The notes under the pieces: generated by a model
Database searches by the model: none
Told to the model about the DNA's origin: nothing
The model's input: only the letters and a program-made list of their open reading frames with translations
Part shown: positions 25,081 through 38,919 of the stretch, one piece after another
How positions within the stretch are numbered: the first letter of the stretch is position 1
How the letters are laid out: each line of letters opens with the position of its first letter
Source of the DNA: Octopus sinensis
Lineage: Eukaryota
Length of the DNA stretch: 64,000 nt
Assembly: GCF_006345805.1 (NCBI RefSeq)
Contig: NC_042999.1
Span: forward strand, 92,504,001-92,568,000
Reading direction: 5' to 3'
Program-made: the position numbers and the translations under genes

Positions 25081-27255
25081 TTAGCCAAGGGAAAATATAT
25101 TTACACTTAGGGCCGTGTTAAAGTTTCCATGCACTGAAAATTATGTCAGCATTATGAAATATGTACAGGAAGTACAGGAAAGAAGTGAGATAAGATAATG
25201 ACAAAGCGACAATACTCCAGGATATGTCACTACACATGCCAGGAGATCAAGGCTAATTAACCGATTTTAGTTGCTGAAGAAAGAATGTCACCAAATCAAG
25301 GCAGTAGTCTAACAAGGAGGGTGTATTTTTTAAAAGTAATGGAGAAATCATCAAAATAAAGAGGTCGGAGAGAATGGGGGCATTGAAAGCAGAAAGAATC
25401 CTTACAATAATTAGATGCCTTGGGAATGATTATGGAGATACAGATAAATGCATATAAAAGCCCTAAACATCGAGAAAATGTCATTGGACATATAATGAAT
25501 GGAAGTACTTTTAATACGACAGAAAATATAAAGCAAAACGAAAACATTATGAATGCCAAAGACGTATTTAGCTGCGCTTCGTTGTGCAGCGTAAATACGT
25601 AAAAAATATAGGACTACTGAAAATTGATAATTATAATATCTCAGTTTCATTAATATGAAAAAATTAAAGAAAAGTAATCGGGGGGTAAAAAACTGAAAAT
25701 TTGTAATTATAACTGATGTTATCTCTATTACTCTCTTTGCTTCCATGCTTTCGTATTTTCCCTGTCATCTTTCTGTTGCTATGCCCCTCCCATACGCCTA
25801 GTTTTTTTTATCTATATTTTTTAGCTGCACAGTAACTAAAGTTTATATATTTAGTAGCAGACTGAATATGTCCAAAATGTTCTAATACATCATGGCTAAA
25901 TTTGTAAGCTGTTTTGATTGAATTAGAATTATGAAAACATTACCTCGAGCAAAACGATCGCTAATGGTCTTTACATGTATTTGTTTCTTACCAACTCCAC
26001 CAGAATGCAAATTGAATTGAAGCTATGTAACTAAGGTAAAAGACAGACAGTATTAGAGTCTTATGAATCTTGGAATTTCCTTTGTTGGAAAACTGACAGT
26101 TTGGTTCGAAGTATTCGATTTTCGACATTTTAGTATTTCCATTACATAAAAGTGTTATCAACACACGGCTCTGTCAGGGTGAATAAGATTACAGTTCCCA
26201 TTGAAGAACGCCGGCATTGGACTATTTTGACAGATTTAAAGCTTTCCACCTTTTTAACCCGATTGGATTTGACCGTTTTATTGAAAATAGTTCAATTTGC
26301 TATTATTTTAAGATAATGCTTTTGTGTTTGTATTCTATTTCCGTTAGTTAAAACCATCTGATCCTAGCATCATAGGTGTTTAAGAATTTAAAATAGTTAA
26401 ATCAGTTCACAATTTACAAGAGACAACTATAAATTGTATCCCAGTTTATGTAGCTTTAAGGTGATCGGCTTCATGTCTGCATTCATAACACATGTTCATC
26501 GTAGATAATTTTGAGAAAAATATTCTTCCAAATGCATTATGTGTATACAACGTCGTTGCTATTTACTGATTTCTACTGACCTAATCGCAGGATGATTCAT
26601 AATGCAGAGTATGAGAGTGACAAAGGAGTGCTTATAACTTAATGTAGAAGAAATATCCTCTTGTTCGTCGATATTGACCTTTCATTTTCATTCCGATGTT
26701 TGTAGTATCCTTCACCAATATACATCGTAACATGAAATTAAGTGTATAATAGAAGAAACACGTTTTTCCTCTCAAATATAATTTCTACTGCTTTTGAAAT
26801 GCACGATGTATGAAACGTGTGCTCAATATTCAACGCCTGAATCGTTTTGTCATTCATTATAAAGTAATAGGATGTTTTAAGGGCATGTGCGAGTTGTTGA
26901 AATTCCTGTTTAAAATCATATCACGTTGAGACCTTATCAATATTAGACTCAATTTTTGGGTAAATGTGCACTGGACGGTTCAGCGTGGTATTCAACCGAT
27001 ATTTAAGAAATATATTTCGTTAGAGAAAAGAGATGTGGAGTATGGAATGTTCGTATCTTTTTTTTTCAGGAGAGTAGTGATTGTTAGTGAAATGGAATAA
27101 CTCCGACTCGAATACTTTCTTTCAACTCATTTCTCTGCTATTGCACCCATACTCAATATTTTATGTAAAAATAATGATCGCAATATGTGAACAAAATAGA
27201 TTAGTTTCTTTTTAAACATGTCTTAATAACTCTATAATACATATTCGCATGCGTT

Positions 27256-27575
27256 CTCTTTTCACTTGTTTCAGTCATTTGACTGCGGTCATGCTGGTGC
27301 ACCGCCTTTAATCGAGCAACACGACCCCAGGACTTATTCTTTGTAAGCCCAGTACTTATTCTATCGGTCTCTTTTGCCGAACCGCTAAGTGACGGGGACA
27401 TAAACACACCAGCATCGGTTGTCAAGCAATGCTAGGGGACAAACACAGACACACAAACATACATGCACATACATATATATACATATATACGACGGGCTTC
27501 TTTCAGTTTCCGTCTACCAAATCCACCCACAAGGCTTTGGTCGGCCCGAGGCTATAGTAGAAGACACTTGCCCAA
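27256..27575 (-). mobile_element. SINE family 1, head-less copy
   Basis: Aligns to 60229-60642; homology stops at GACACTTGCCCAA. Confidence 0.9.
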
Positions 27576-28044
27576 ACATACAAGCACGTAATAATAACAT
27601 TCTGTAAAATATTATGAAAGACGAGTTTTCCAGTTATTCGATCACTGGAATTAAAATTCATTGAATTACTTATGAAGAAGTTGCGTATTCCATTCATGCA
27701 TTTACTCTTAGTATAATCCATCCATAGAATGACTAACTTTTATTACTTGGTTTAGACAATCTGACGAGCTTCTACACAGTTTTCGTGTCGCAAATTTTAT
27801 TTATAGCATCTTTATCAATTCGGGACTGTGGTGGAAGACGCTCATAGGATTGAAAGCTGAATCCCCTGCTGCGAATCGAAATTTTTAGCCATAGCGTGAA
27901 ACTGCAAAGTTATCATCTTTTAGAAACAAAAAATTTTCCTACCTACGCTTTACTTGCCTATGATAATTATGTTAAATGCCTTCCCGAACCTGGAAACATT
28001 TCCGGCAGCGACTTGTAGTAGTATTTAATAATTCATTCTTAAAC

Positions 28045-28138
<94 letters not shown>

Positions 28139-28140
28139 TC

Positions 28141-28366
28141 GAGTTAGTCTCTTGCTACTCTGAGTTTCACCTGTAGGTGCACAAGGGCTTCAGACAAGTT
28201 ATAACTGGAAATCTATGGGGCTTGTATACTTTTATATAGCTTTCTAGTCATAGTATGTTGGAAAGTATAATAAAGTGGGTGAAGTGGAAGAAAACAAGGA
28301 AGAAAGAAAGAGGAGAATGAATAGAGAATAAGAGAAATAAAAGGAAAAGAAATATAAAAGAAGTGT

Positions 28367-28404
<38 letters not shown>

Positions 28405-29690
28405 CACGCACACACGCACACATACGCAAGCATGCACACATACGCAAGCATGCACACATACGCATATGATAGTCTCTCGTAGTCCGCGAAAGATGTTCCT
28501 GCAATTTCTTGCTGAACAATCTGCACAAATGAGTTACTATAGTGATCAAATGTTCGTGCTGTACTTCCTTCATCAAATCGAAGTTGCCTCAACAGGTGCA
28601 TAGTCCATCACACGTCAGGCGTCGAAATGATCGCAGAGCAACTTGAGATGAAGTGTTTTGTTGAAGGACACAATGCACAAATGGGTGCAAGGATTGAACT
28701 AAACCTCTCACCTCTCCATGCTGGTAGTTTATTCCATGCTTCAATAATTCCGAGCGTGAAGAAATGTTTCCGAAAGCCATGGGTGCTGTGTTGTTTTTTG
28801 ATTTTATAAGCATGTCCGCGAGTGTTTGACATGTGGGACTCAAAAAGGTGCCCAAGGTTGTTATTGAAAAGATGGATAATTTGGTTGGTGTCTACCAAGT
28901 CAGTCGCCAGATGTCTGAGCTTCAATGTGTCCATGCCCAGGGAAGCAAGACGTTCAGAGCATGGTAGATGCCTAACGGCGGGTTTTCGTTTTGTTGCCCG
29001 TTTCTGAACAGTTTCCAAGGGATATATATGCTGAGCAAGATAGGGGTTCCTGACTGCTGATGCAAATTCTAAGTGTAGACTACCATTGTCATTCACAATT
29101 CTAAATAGATACCTGGATAGCGGCTGAAAAAGGTCTTACTGAGTGATGCTAGGATACCCTTAGCCTTCTTTACAATCATAGATATGTAGCTTGTCCAACG
29201 CAGATAGCTGTTTACAATAATGCCCAGATCACGTTCCCTAGAGACTTCTTGAGATTGGTGTTGCTGAGGGAGTATGTAGAATTTGGATTTTCCTCCCAAA
29301 ACGCACTTGTCCACTGCTAGCTTAATTTGCCAGTCAAAGATCCATTGCTGCATTGTGTCCAGGTCTGATTGCAGGAAAGATCTAAAGCGCATAGGATATC
29401 TTTTTCTTTATTTCGAGGTACAACTTGATGTCATCTGAATATTTCAACACTTAGCTCCTGAAGTTGGCACCTATATCATTAATATATGCAATAAGTAGTA
29501 GGAGTCTAAGAACGGATCCCTGCGGTACACTAGAAGTCATCTAGGGTGAAGAATGATGTACTAGAATCGTGACTACCTCTTTTCAGCCAGTTATAGAGAT
29601 CATCAGTTGTTATGGAATTTGATGTTGAAGAAGGTACATCTGTATTTTCAACAGTAAAAATACCAACATAGCATTCAGCAATAAGCTCAG
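28141..29690 (-). mobile_element. 5'-truncated CR1/L2-group LINE (RT C-terminal half plus 3'UTR)
   Basis: Minus translation gives VPQGSVLRLLLLIAYINDI, KYSDDIKLY, ERDLGIIVNSYLRW, LETVQKRATK and NTRGHAYKIKKQHSTHGFRKHFFTLGIIEAWNKLP; ends at (TA)n. Confidence 0.9.
28151..28198 (-). ncRNA. Hammerhead-like motif with non-canonical core at the LINE 3' end
   Basis: CUUGU-CUGAAGC-CCUUGU...ACAGGU-GAAAC-UCAGA-GUA-GCAAG; stems I and III pair, but the core reads CUGAAGC. Confidence 0.45.
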
Positions 29691-29693
29691 CGC

Positions 29694-29752
<59 letters not shown>

Positions 29753-30149
29753 TACTCAACGAAATTCCAACTTTGATTTTCCCGTTTTATTTACAATCTT
29801 ATAATAATATAATATAAGGGGTAAGATATTATAATATAATGAAATGATAGAATATTAAATGTCCATTCTGATTGAACTAGTACTTTCATGCATTAAACTA
29901 TGCAATATTCAGGCACGTAGCAATGGTGACTGTAATGTTTTACAAGTACAATTTACAACCATACTATATATATAAATCAGTAAAAAGCGTAAGGATGCAG
30001 AAAAGCTTCAGCCTGCTAGAAATAAGAGTTAAAGTCTTAATTAAACCACCGTAAAGCACCAAGATAACAGAGAAATAATAGTAGGTGAAGAAACGAAAAG
30101 AATGAATGCATTCAAAAGCACAATTATAAAAGATTATGCCATTTAGGAC

Positions 30150-30209
30150 ATCTACATACCCGAGTTTCGGCTTTTGGAAATTTAATCCCTGAGCCTCTTC
30201 AGTGCAGAC
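30150..30209 (-). ncRNA. Canonical type I hammerhead ribozyme
   Basis: Minus strand GUCUGCA-CUGAAGA-GGCU-(19 nt)-AGCC-GAAAC-UCGG-GUA^UGUAGAU; stem I is 7 bp, stem II is 4 bp, stem III is the self-complementary ACUCGGGU; all core nucleotides present. Confidence 0.88.
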
Positions 30210-30802
30210 CACCTAGTAAAAATTCAAGACCGTCACGTTATATTCCGTTAGTGTACTGGTTTTGTTTACGCCAAAAACACAGCACATGGTGCAGTAATAT
30301 TTATAAACAACAAGCTAATTTATAATCTATAGCTAAATAATGCTTTTTACCTGCGAACCACATATCTTACTACTCTTTATGATTTATGGAGGGCAAAGAT
30401 GGGAACAAACAAAGTAACAATGGAGACTTATAAGGAAACCCAGCGAAAATAAACATGGAGGGTCGTTAGACCAGACCGAGATGAAAATAATGAACGCTGG
30501 TAGAAACGTTTTTTTTGAAAAGAGGAAAGATAGAAAAGAGAGAGAGAGAGTGAGATAGAGAGAGAGAGAGACAAAAAAAAGAAAGAGGTGAGAGAGAGAC
30601 AGATAGAAAACGGTGAAGCAGGGAGGGGAGAAAAAGAGAATTAGAGAAGGATGGAGAAAGAAACCATTATGGAGTAGAGAGTAGCATCGAAAAGGTGAAG
30701 ATAAACCTACTTGGAAATGGATGTGTCGTGTTCAATTAATAATAACTGATAAATAATAATAATAATAATAACAATAATAATAATAATATAATAATAATAA
30801 TA

Positions 30803-30883
<81 letters not shown>

Positions 30884-30896
30884 TACATGCATATAT

Positions 30897-31436
30897 GAGT
30901 ATAGGACTCACCAACTGTGCAAATGACATGAAATACGTAAATCAACGAGGGAAAAACGAGTGAAATACGTAAACGAGATAAATGGAGAACAGAATAAGCT
31001 AACGAATGGAAAGAATCCTTCATCAGTTGTTGGCTGTCTATCTACTCCTCATTTCGAGCATTCAACAACAATATGCGTTTTCAAAGACAATTGCTCCCAT
31101 AAATTCTAAAATAAAATTTAGGGTCTGGAGACATACACGAAAACCGAACGAAAAGAAATATGGAGGAAAATAGTAAACGTTAGGTGAAACATTTTATTGA
31201 AAAGAGAAAAGATAGAACTGAGAAAAATACGTTTAAACGTCCGTGTAGGAAAAGAAGATAGATGATTGACACGTGTGAGCTACGAAAGAGAGAGAGTGAA
31301 AGGGAACGAGGGGAGATAGAGATAGAGACAGAAAACGGTGACGGAGGGAGGGGAGAAACGTCTACGTATTTCACTCGTTTTTCATTCGTTTGTTTACGTA
31401 TTTCCTACTATTTGCACCGTTGGTGATGTCCTGTAC

Positions 31437-31438
<2 letters not shown>
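30897..31438. repeat. Inverted pair of PLE-like pseudo-LTR ends (30897-30975 minus, 31359-31438 plus)
   Basis: CGT.TACGTATTTCACTCGTTTTT...TTTACGTATTTC...ATTTGCAC.GTTGGTGA is present in both orientations, each running into (AT)n; CTGATGAAGG precedes the minus copy and GAAACGTC leads into the plus copy. Confidence 0.75.
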
Positions 31439-31479
<41 letters not shown>

Positions 31480-31480
<1 letters not shown>

Positions 31481-32676
31481 TAGCTGAAGGTGACCCGCTC
31501 TACGCGCGGGTAAGAGTGTGGTTGTTACTTTCTGTTGCTTCCTTTCAGCACGTAAAAAGCACCATCCGAACGTGGCCGATTGCTGCGCCGCCTTGACATG
31601 CTTCTGTGCGGTGGCACGTAAAAAGCACCAACCGATCATGGCCGCTGCCAGCCCCCCTGGCACCTGTCTGGCGGCACGAAAAAAGCACCCAGTACGCTCA
31701 CAGAGTGGTTGGCGTTAGGAAGGGCATCCACCTGTAGAAACACTGCCAAATCAGACTAGAGCCTGGTGCAGCCTCCTGGCTTCCCAGACCCCGGTCAAAC
31801 TGTCCAACACGTGCTAGCACGGAAAACGGACGTTAAACGACGACGAGGATGATGATGATGATTCTCCCTCTTTGTTTCTCTCTCCTTTCTCTCTCACTTT
31901 CCCCACTCTCTTACTCTTCCTTTCTCTCGGACTCTCCCTCGCTTTCTCTTACTCTCTATCTTTATCTAACTCTCTCCCATTTATAAAAAACAAAAGATCT
32001 TGAGTAAGTTGAGGAATAAAATATTTGGAAAGATCAATCATAAATATCAGGCAGTAACAACGGGAAGGTCTGCTTCAAGGCAGACAGCAAAACACTAACA
32101 TTTAAAAGGGACAGACGAACTTGCGAGCTGAATAAAAATAATAAAATATTGGAAACCAAAGTTTGAAGTGATAGAATCTGAAGATAGTAGAGTCACCATG
32201 GCTGGCATTTCTTAACGACGGACAGCAACGTTTTGACAGTTTAACGGCTGGCGTAAAATTTTGAACTTGATGTAACAGAAAATTCGTAAACACCAAGTTT
32301 TGAAGTGATTCTTTCTCACGACAGTAGACTCACCCTGGCAAGCATTCAAAACTCATTCATCATGGACGGCAACACATTGACGATTAAAAGGCTGGCGCAA
32401 TTTTTTTAGCTTGATGTAACAGAGACTTCCTAAACACCCGCTCCTTTAAATTTTAATCCCCTTACAGCCCCATTTAGACACCTTTTCACATTTTGGTCAA
32501 TATAATCCGATTTCATTCGGGTCTACTGGGGCCACATTTTATAAGATGAGGAATTTTGTCCTAGAGGTGACGCGTTTCATTTGAGGAAAAAAAATAGTTG
32601 TCATGCAAACTTGCCAGCACTTTTAACATAGGTCTGCATATTTTCAGCTCAAGCGACCACATAATGCACACATTAA
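31480..32676 (-). mobile_element. Non-autonomous Helitron (copy B), 3' 1.2 kb
   Basis: Reverse complement of 16524-17723, including the hairpin and CTAG|T terminus. Confidence 0.85.
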
Positions 32677-32764
32677 TGTATCTGTCTTCCTCAACTCACT
32701 CTCGCTATTTCTTCTCTTCCGAGCACTTTTTCATCCACTCTATTTCCTACCTTCCCATCACTTC

Positions 32765-33147
32765 GGCGCAATGGCCCAGTGGTTAGAGCAGCGGACTCGC
32801 GGTCATAGGATCGCGGTTTCGATTCCCAGACCGGGCGTTGTGAGTGTTTATAGAGCGAAAACACCTAAAGCTCCACGAGGCTCCGGCAGGGGATGGTGGT
32901 GATCCCTGCTGTACTCTTTCACCACAACTTTCTCTCACTCTTACTTCCTGTTTCTGTTGTACCTGTATTTCAAAAGGCCGGCCTTGTCACTCTCTGTGTC
33001 GCGCTGAATATCCCCGAGAACTACGTTAAGGGTACACGTGTCTGTGGAGTGCTCAGCCACTTACACGTTAATTTCACGAGCTGGCTGTTCCGTTGATTCG
33101 GATCAACCGGAACCCTCATCGTCGTATCCGACGGAGTGCTTCCATCC
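32765..33147 (+). mobile_element. tRNA-derived SINE, family 3
   Basis: A box TGGCCCAGTGG and B box GGTTTCGATTCC, followed by about 300 bp of non-tRNA body ending at (TA)n. Confidence 0.75.
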
Positions 33148-33148
33148 A

Positions 33149-33239
<91 letters not shown>

Positions 33240-33240
33240 G

Positions 33241-33323
<83 letters not shown>

Positions 33324-33397
33324 TAATATAACGTGTGTATGCGTGTATAAATATCTATACACACGTGTATATGTATATATATATACATACATGCATA

Positions 33398-33440
<43 letters not shown>

Positions 33441-34889
33441 GTGTGTGTGTGTGTGTGTGTGTGTACGTACACACACATATCTATAAATGTGTAATAGAAT
33501 ATACACACGGAAGCGCAAAACGCAGGCTCATAACTAGTATACATATACTCGCGCACATATGTACGTAACGAATTACATACTTATTTTTAGATATCCTAAT
33601 GCTTCAGGCATTATGTATTTCTCTTTCTTTTGCTAATTGAATTTTTCCATGGCGCAATATTTCAAGGTAATCACCCAAATTACTGCGTATAAACATGACT
33701 TAGAAAGACAAATATATTGACGTGTGATATTGTAAAGACCCTTTTGAAAAAAGTTTTAAAATTCTGCTGAGATAAACTTTACATTTCATTGCTCCGGGAT
33801 GGTTAAAATAAAATGGTGTCAATGTAATGGATTATTGGTCTTTTCTAAAGCCGTGGCCTATAGCTTATATTATAAAGTATAATTAAAGTAAATTACATTA
33901 GGGTTTTGGCAGGATCGGTAGAGCAACAGAAATATAGAAAAAAATGCCCCGTTAGGCTACATCTGTTTACGTTCTCTCGAGATCTATTTTGTATATCATT
34001 CTTCAAAGAATCAATAATATAAGTTTTATCGATTCTTTGTGTTGGGCTTGATGTAATCAATTGTAGCCCCTGTCCCAAAAATGGTGGCCTTGTTACTATC
34101 CTTTCTAATTTGATTCTTGATTCTTAATCTTTTATCTTATCAGCTTCCTCTATTCTTAAATACTTGCATGAATGGTTTCAATTTTCTCCGTTCAGTGACT
34201 AACCCTGTTTGAATTTTCATTAAATTGCCTATTCATAGATGCCACTTGTATGACATATTTGTATTTCACTACTTAATTCATATACAATTTTAGTAAGTTC
34301 TTAGACTGCATTTTGTCACTTATATATAAGTTTAAATCATTCACAGAAAAATAAATGATTTATGGTTTGCTCATAGCATGTGCAATTATTCGATGTTTTG
34401 ATGCAGAAAATTAGTTTATTGAGTCAGAGGTAGACTTTGAATGGTTTATGGGTTGGGGAAAGTCCTATATTTTATTTGTGTTGTCTATTTTGCTATAATT
34501 CCTGTATCATTTGAATGAGCTGTTATATTTCTTCCAGCATCTTTTAAGACTGTATTATAACTGCTTACATTAATGTTCGTTTTGTGTCTCCTGTGATTAT
34601 CTTTTCTCGTGCTTGTGTGCGTTTAATATCAGAGGAATGCTTAATATAACACTTCTAGGCATTGTACTTTAGTCCATAGTTGCTCTTGTAGTTTTTATTT
34701 TATTATGATGGACGTTGAAAGCTGGTTTGTTGCGCATTAAACATTCGCGAGGACACCACTTTTAACACTGCTGCTCGAGTTACCTGTCATTCTAAGAGTA
34801 ATCAATTTAAACACGCGCTACGAAATTTCTCATAATTGTTGAGTTGGATATTCTTTTTATTGCTGATTATGTTGCCGGTCATGTTTGAT

Positions 34890-35110
34890 GTGGTGAGTTG
34901 GAAAATCTTTGTTGAGCTTTCTTCATACGTGTGGAATTGAGAGAGTCGCCAGAGCGTCGGATAAAATACCTTGACTATCTAATTACTGCTCTTTACATCT
35001 GAGATCAAATCACAGTGATACCAACTTCGCATTTCAACGTTTCCATGAATTTCAAAAGAACGTATTAAGTATTAGGTGGTGAATGAATATTCCTATAAAC
35101 CACCGATTCT
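34890..35110 (+). mobile_element. Highly diverged SINE family 2 copy
   Basis: Patchy similarity: GGTGAGTTGG, CGTCGGATAAAATACC, TTACATCTGAGATCAAAT, ATTAAGTA. Confidence 0.35.
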
Positions 35111-35467
35111 AGATAAGAATGGAATCATGATACCAAATAGAGACTTTCAAATTAGTTCTTGTATAATATATCACATTCTTAATTTTTCATTCTGGGCACA
35201 CATTGTTATGTAGTATTATGAAAGATATATTTTTAACATAATCAGAACAAGGAAGACATAACATAAATATTAGCCATTCGTAGTGGATGTCTGAATAGCA
35301 TCTCTATCTACTCGGTTTGATGATTTGCTCCTGGATTTAGTGACGCTATTCAATATTTTCCTTTACTTACGAAGCGCTATGCTTCATCATCCATGTTATC
35401 ATTCAACCCAAAGTAGTCATTGTCATCATCATTGTTGTTGTTGTTCGTATTATTATTATTATTATTA

Positions 35468-35513
<46 letters not shown>

Positions 35514-37258
35514 GCTGCTGAGTTCCTTCAAGCATTATACAGAACAGACAGATATAGCTTCCATATATTTTCTCATCTGATTTGAGCAGTAAAACTTCTG
35601 TGTTCAGTATTTCTACCGAGGCATAAAATCCAACTAGTTTAATGTTGCAATATCATTTTATATATTTCTCCAGTCAGGAAAATAATTGAGAAATATTGAA
35701 GGAAAGGAAAAATATACATATATGCATGCATTCATATTCATCTGAATACATACATACCTACATGCATATGTCCATACATACATATGCATACATGCATACA
35801 TGCATAAATGCATACATATATACATACATAAATACATACATACATATATATATATATATATGTATATATGTATATATATATATACATACTTATACATATA
35901 CATGTATTTATCCATATATATATATACCCATACATATATTTGTATATATATATATGAGCATAAATACCTGCATATATTTATATATATACATATGTGTATG
36001 TATACATATATACATGCACAGAGACAAGCCCGCGCACATAGACATACAAACTTACCGAAACACATACACATATGCATTCACTACACACATAAGCACACAT
36101 CCACAGACACGTGTGTATATGTAAGCGTATGTATAATATAGACGCATTCATATGTAAAAGAATGTATGAGTGTAGGGATCTATAAAGTCTTGTTTGTATG
36201 TACGTATCAATGAAAACGTATGCAATGTATGCATATATGTATGTAGGCATGCATTCATGTATCTGTGTATGAAGACTATAATAATGCATGCATTTATTAA
36301 TGTAGCATGTTCTAGCAATCTAACGTATGTATGATGTTGTAAAGTGGATATTACGCTCATCACCAATCATCTCCTATCTCAAAAAGAAAAAAAGAAATAG
36401 ATAGGAGACCATAAGAATGCGGTATATGTTATTTCGTTGATGTTGACAGTTCCTGTATAATTTGATGCTATCGAAATTAACTCACGGTTAATCGGGAGAG
36501 AAACATGTTGAAAACGAAATCTGATTAGATGGACTAAATTACGACTAGTCATCAAATGAATTCTAAAACGGAGAATCTTGTACATCATTTGCACATAAAT
36601 TAGTTTTAGGAATTATGTCCTGTTTGATCAGTGAGAAACTGTCAAATGTTTATTCTTTTTCTGCGATCTAATCTAGATGTCCATAAACGGTTTCCGCATA
36701 AAGGAAAAAATAATAATCATAGGATGAAAAAAATATAATTATGTTTGAATAATTTTTCGTCTATCTTAGCTAGGTAGAAATGCTTCATTGGTCGTCGAAA
36801 TTAGTTGCTTATTAAGAAAACCTCATTATTTTTTCTCAGATATATAGACGCAATAAATGGAACAAGAGAAATGATTTTCTCGGAAAGGAGAACAATAAAA
36901 TTAATAAATGTTCTTTGTTTCATCTTTGACAGTGATATGGCTAAAGCTTCTCAACAAACAAGGAAATGTATCGTAGAGTTAAGGTTACAACTTACACTCA
37001 TTGTCATGCCAAAATGATTGCAAGCCTTTAAAATATTTGTTTTCAAAATGTGTAAATCAGTGTCCTCTGTAGTATAGTGCTATTGGTAGAATGTCTGCAG
37101 CGATTTCAATACGGTTTTAAATTAATACTGTGTTGAAGTCTTTACTTCTTATTTCACTCTTAATCTGTATTCAGACAAGAATAGAAATGTTTGCAAGAGA
37201 AAAATTTGGTACATGATATTTCAGCAGACAAGTAACGAATATGTTACTTCTCAATATG

Positions 37259-37355
<97 letters not shown>

Positions 37356-37373
37356 TCTTTCTTTTATTCTTTT

Positions 37374-37571
37374 TCTTTAGCTTGTTTCAGTCATTTGAAA
37401 GCAGTCATACTGGAGCACCACTTTTAGGCGAGTAAATCGACCCAAAAACTTATTCTTTGTAAGCCTAGTACTTATTCTATCGGTATCTTTTGCCGAACCG
37501 CTAAGTTACGGGGATGTAAGCACCAATAACCGTTGTCAAGCAATGCTAGAGGGGCAAACACAGACTCACAA

Positions 37572-37612
<41 letters not shown>

Positions 37613-37712
37613 CCACTTATATACGACGGAGGTCTTTCAGTTTCCGTCTACCAAATCCACTCACAAGGTTTTTGATCGACTCGGGGCTATAGTAGAAGAC
37701 ACTTGCCCAAGG
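37374..37712 (-). mobile_element. SINE family 1, head-less copy
   Basis: Aligns to 60229-60642; homology stops at GACACTTGCCCAAGG. Confidence 0.9.
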
Positions 37713-38919
37713 CAGCACACGCATACACGAGCACACACATACACACTTGCACATATATACACATCGGGTTGATCGTTGGTGTTACCATGATACTCTGGCT
37801 TTCTCTATTGCCATTGATTTGTAAATATACAATTGCATTGTATAATGCGGAGCATGCATGTTAATGCAAACGTATGGGCACGATTTCTTCCACATTGAAA
37901 TTAATACTATATGAAGGTTGCTAAACGACCATGACCCTAAGAATGTCATGTGGTTAAATGAATATATATTTACCTCTCATACCTCCTGACATTTATGCAT
38001 ATGTAATAGGTGAATATATATATATATATAGGGAAAGAGAGACACACACATACACACACGCGTGCGCACACACAAACACGCGCGCGCGCACACACATACA
38101 TATCTATGTATGCATTAACTTTTATCGTTTATCTGTTTCAGTTATTTGACTACAGCCGTATAACAGTAATGAAGTAGAGACGCTGTTGGATTATTTAGAA
38201 AACTTCAAACTGTTTCATTAAACATTATGAAACAAATACAAAAATAAACAGAATTAACCCAACTCGAAACGTGCGATTTAGAAAGGAAATCTGTTAAATC
38301 GGAACAAATTCAACAGCTTCAAGTTCTAAAGTCTAACTCACAAAATTGTGTATATACAAAGAAGCACTGCGTATCATATATTGGTATTTAGTAACCTTAC
38401 TCATTGCAGTCGTAAACTATCAATCTCGCTTAACCTATATTATATCTATTACTCTCAATAATAGACTACACGTTTACTTTACCATTTCGCAAATCCGTTT
38501 ATGAAAATTATGGCTAGTCAATGCACATAGCCATCTCTTAGTGCATGGATCAAACTCTTTATCGACCAAAATTACACGATACCAGAAAACTCGGAAATTA
38601 ATTAGTCTGTCACGATACGAAAATTTCTGTTAAGTTAAGTAAAATATTCGTAACTGTTATTTGGTTGATTAAACTAATGACGTTTGCATATTGTATGTTC
38701 TTGCATACGTCTATGGGAGGGAGTTTTGTGGTTGAAAATTTAAGTATTAAAGAGGAGGTTGCTTGGTAATAGATTTAATAACTATACGCACATAATTAGA
38801 GCTATATGAAGATGTATTCATTAACATTTAATAGTTGAAAGAGTCAAGTAAGTCAGCGTTTGCCTACCTATGTGAATCTGTCAGTAAGTACGAATGAAAT
38901 ATAATTTACAGTTTACGTT

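Noticed and set aside
25296-25620. Possible RTE RT remnant (ENVIGHIM)
   Set aside because: Only one short motif; not enough to support a call
32765-32840. Possible tRNA gene
   Set aside because: A and B boxes are present, but the acceptor and anticodon stems do not close and the sequence continues into a SINE body
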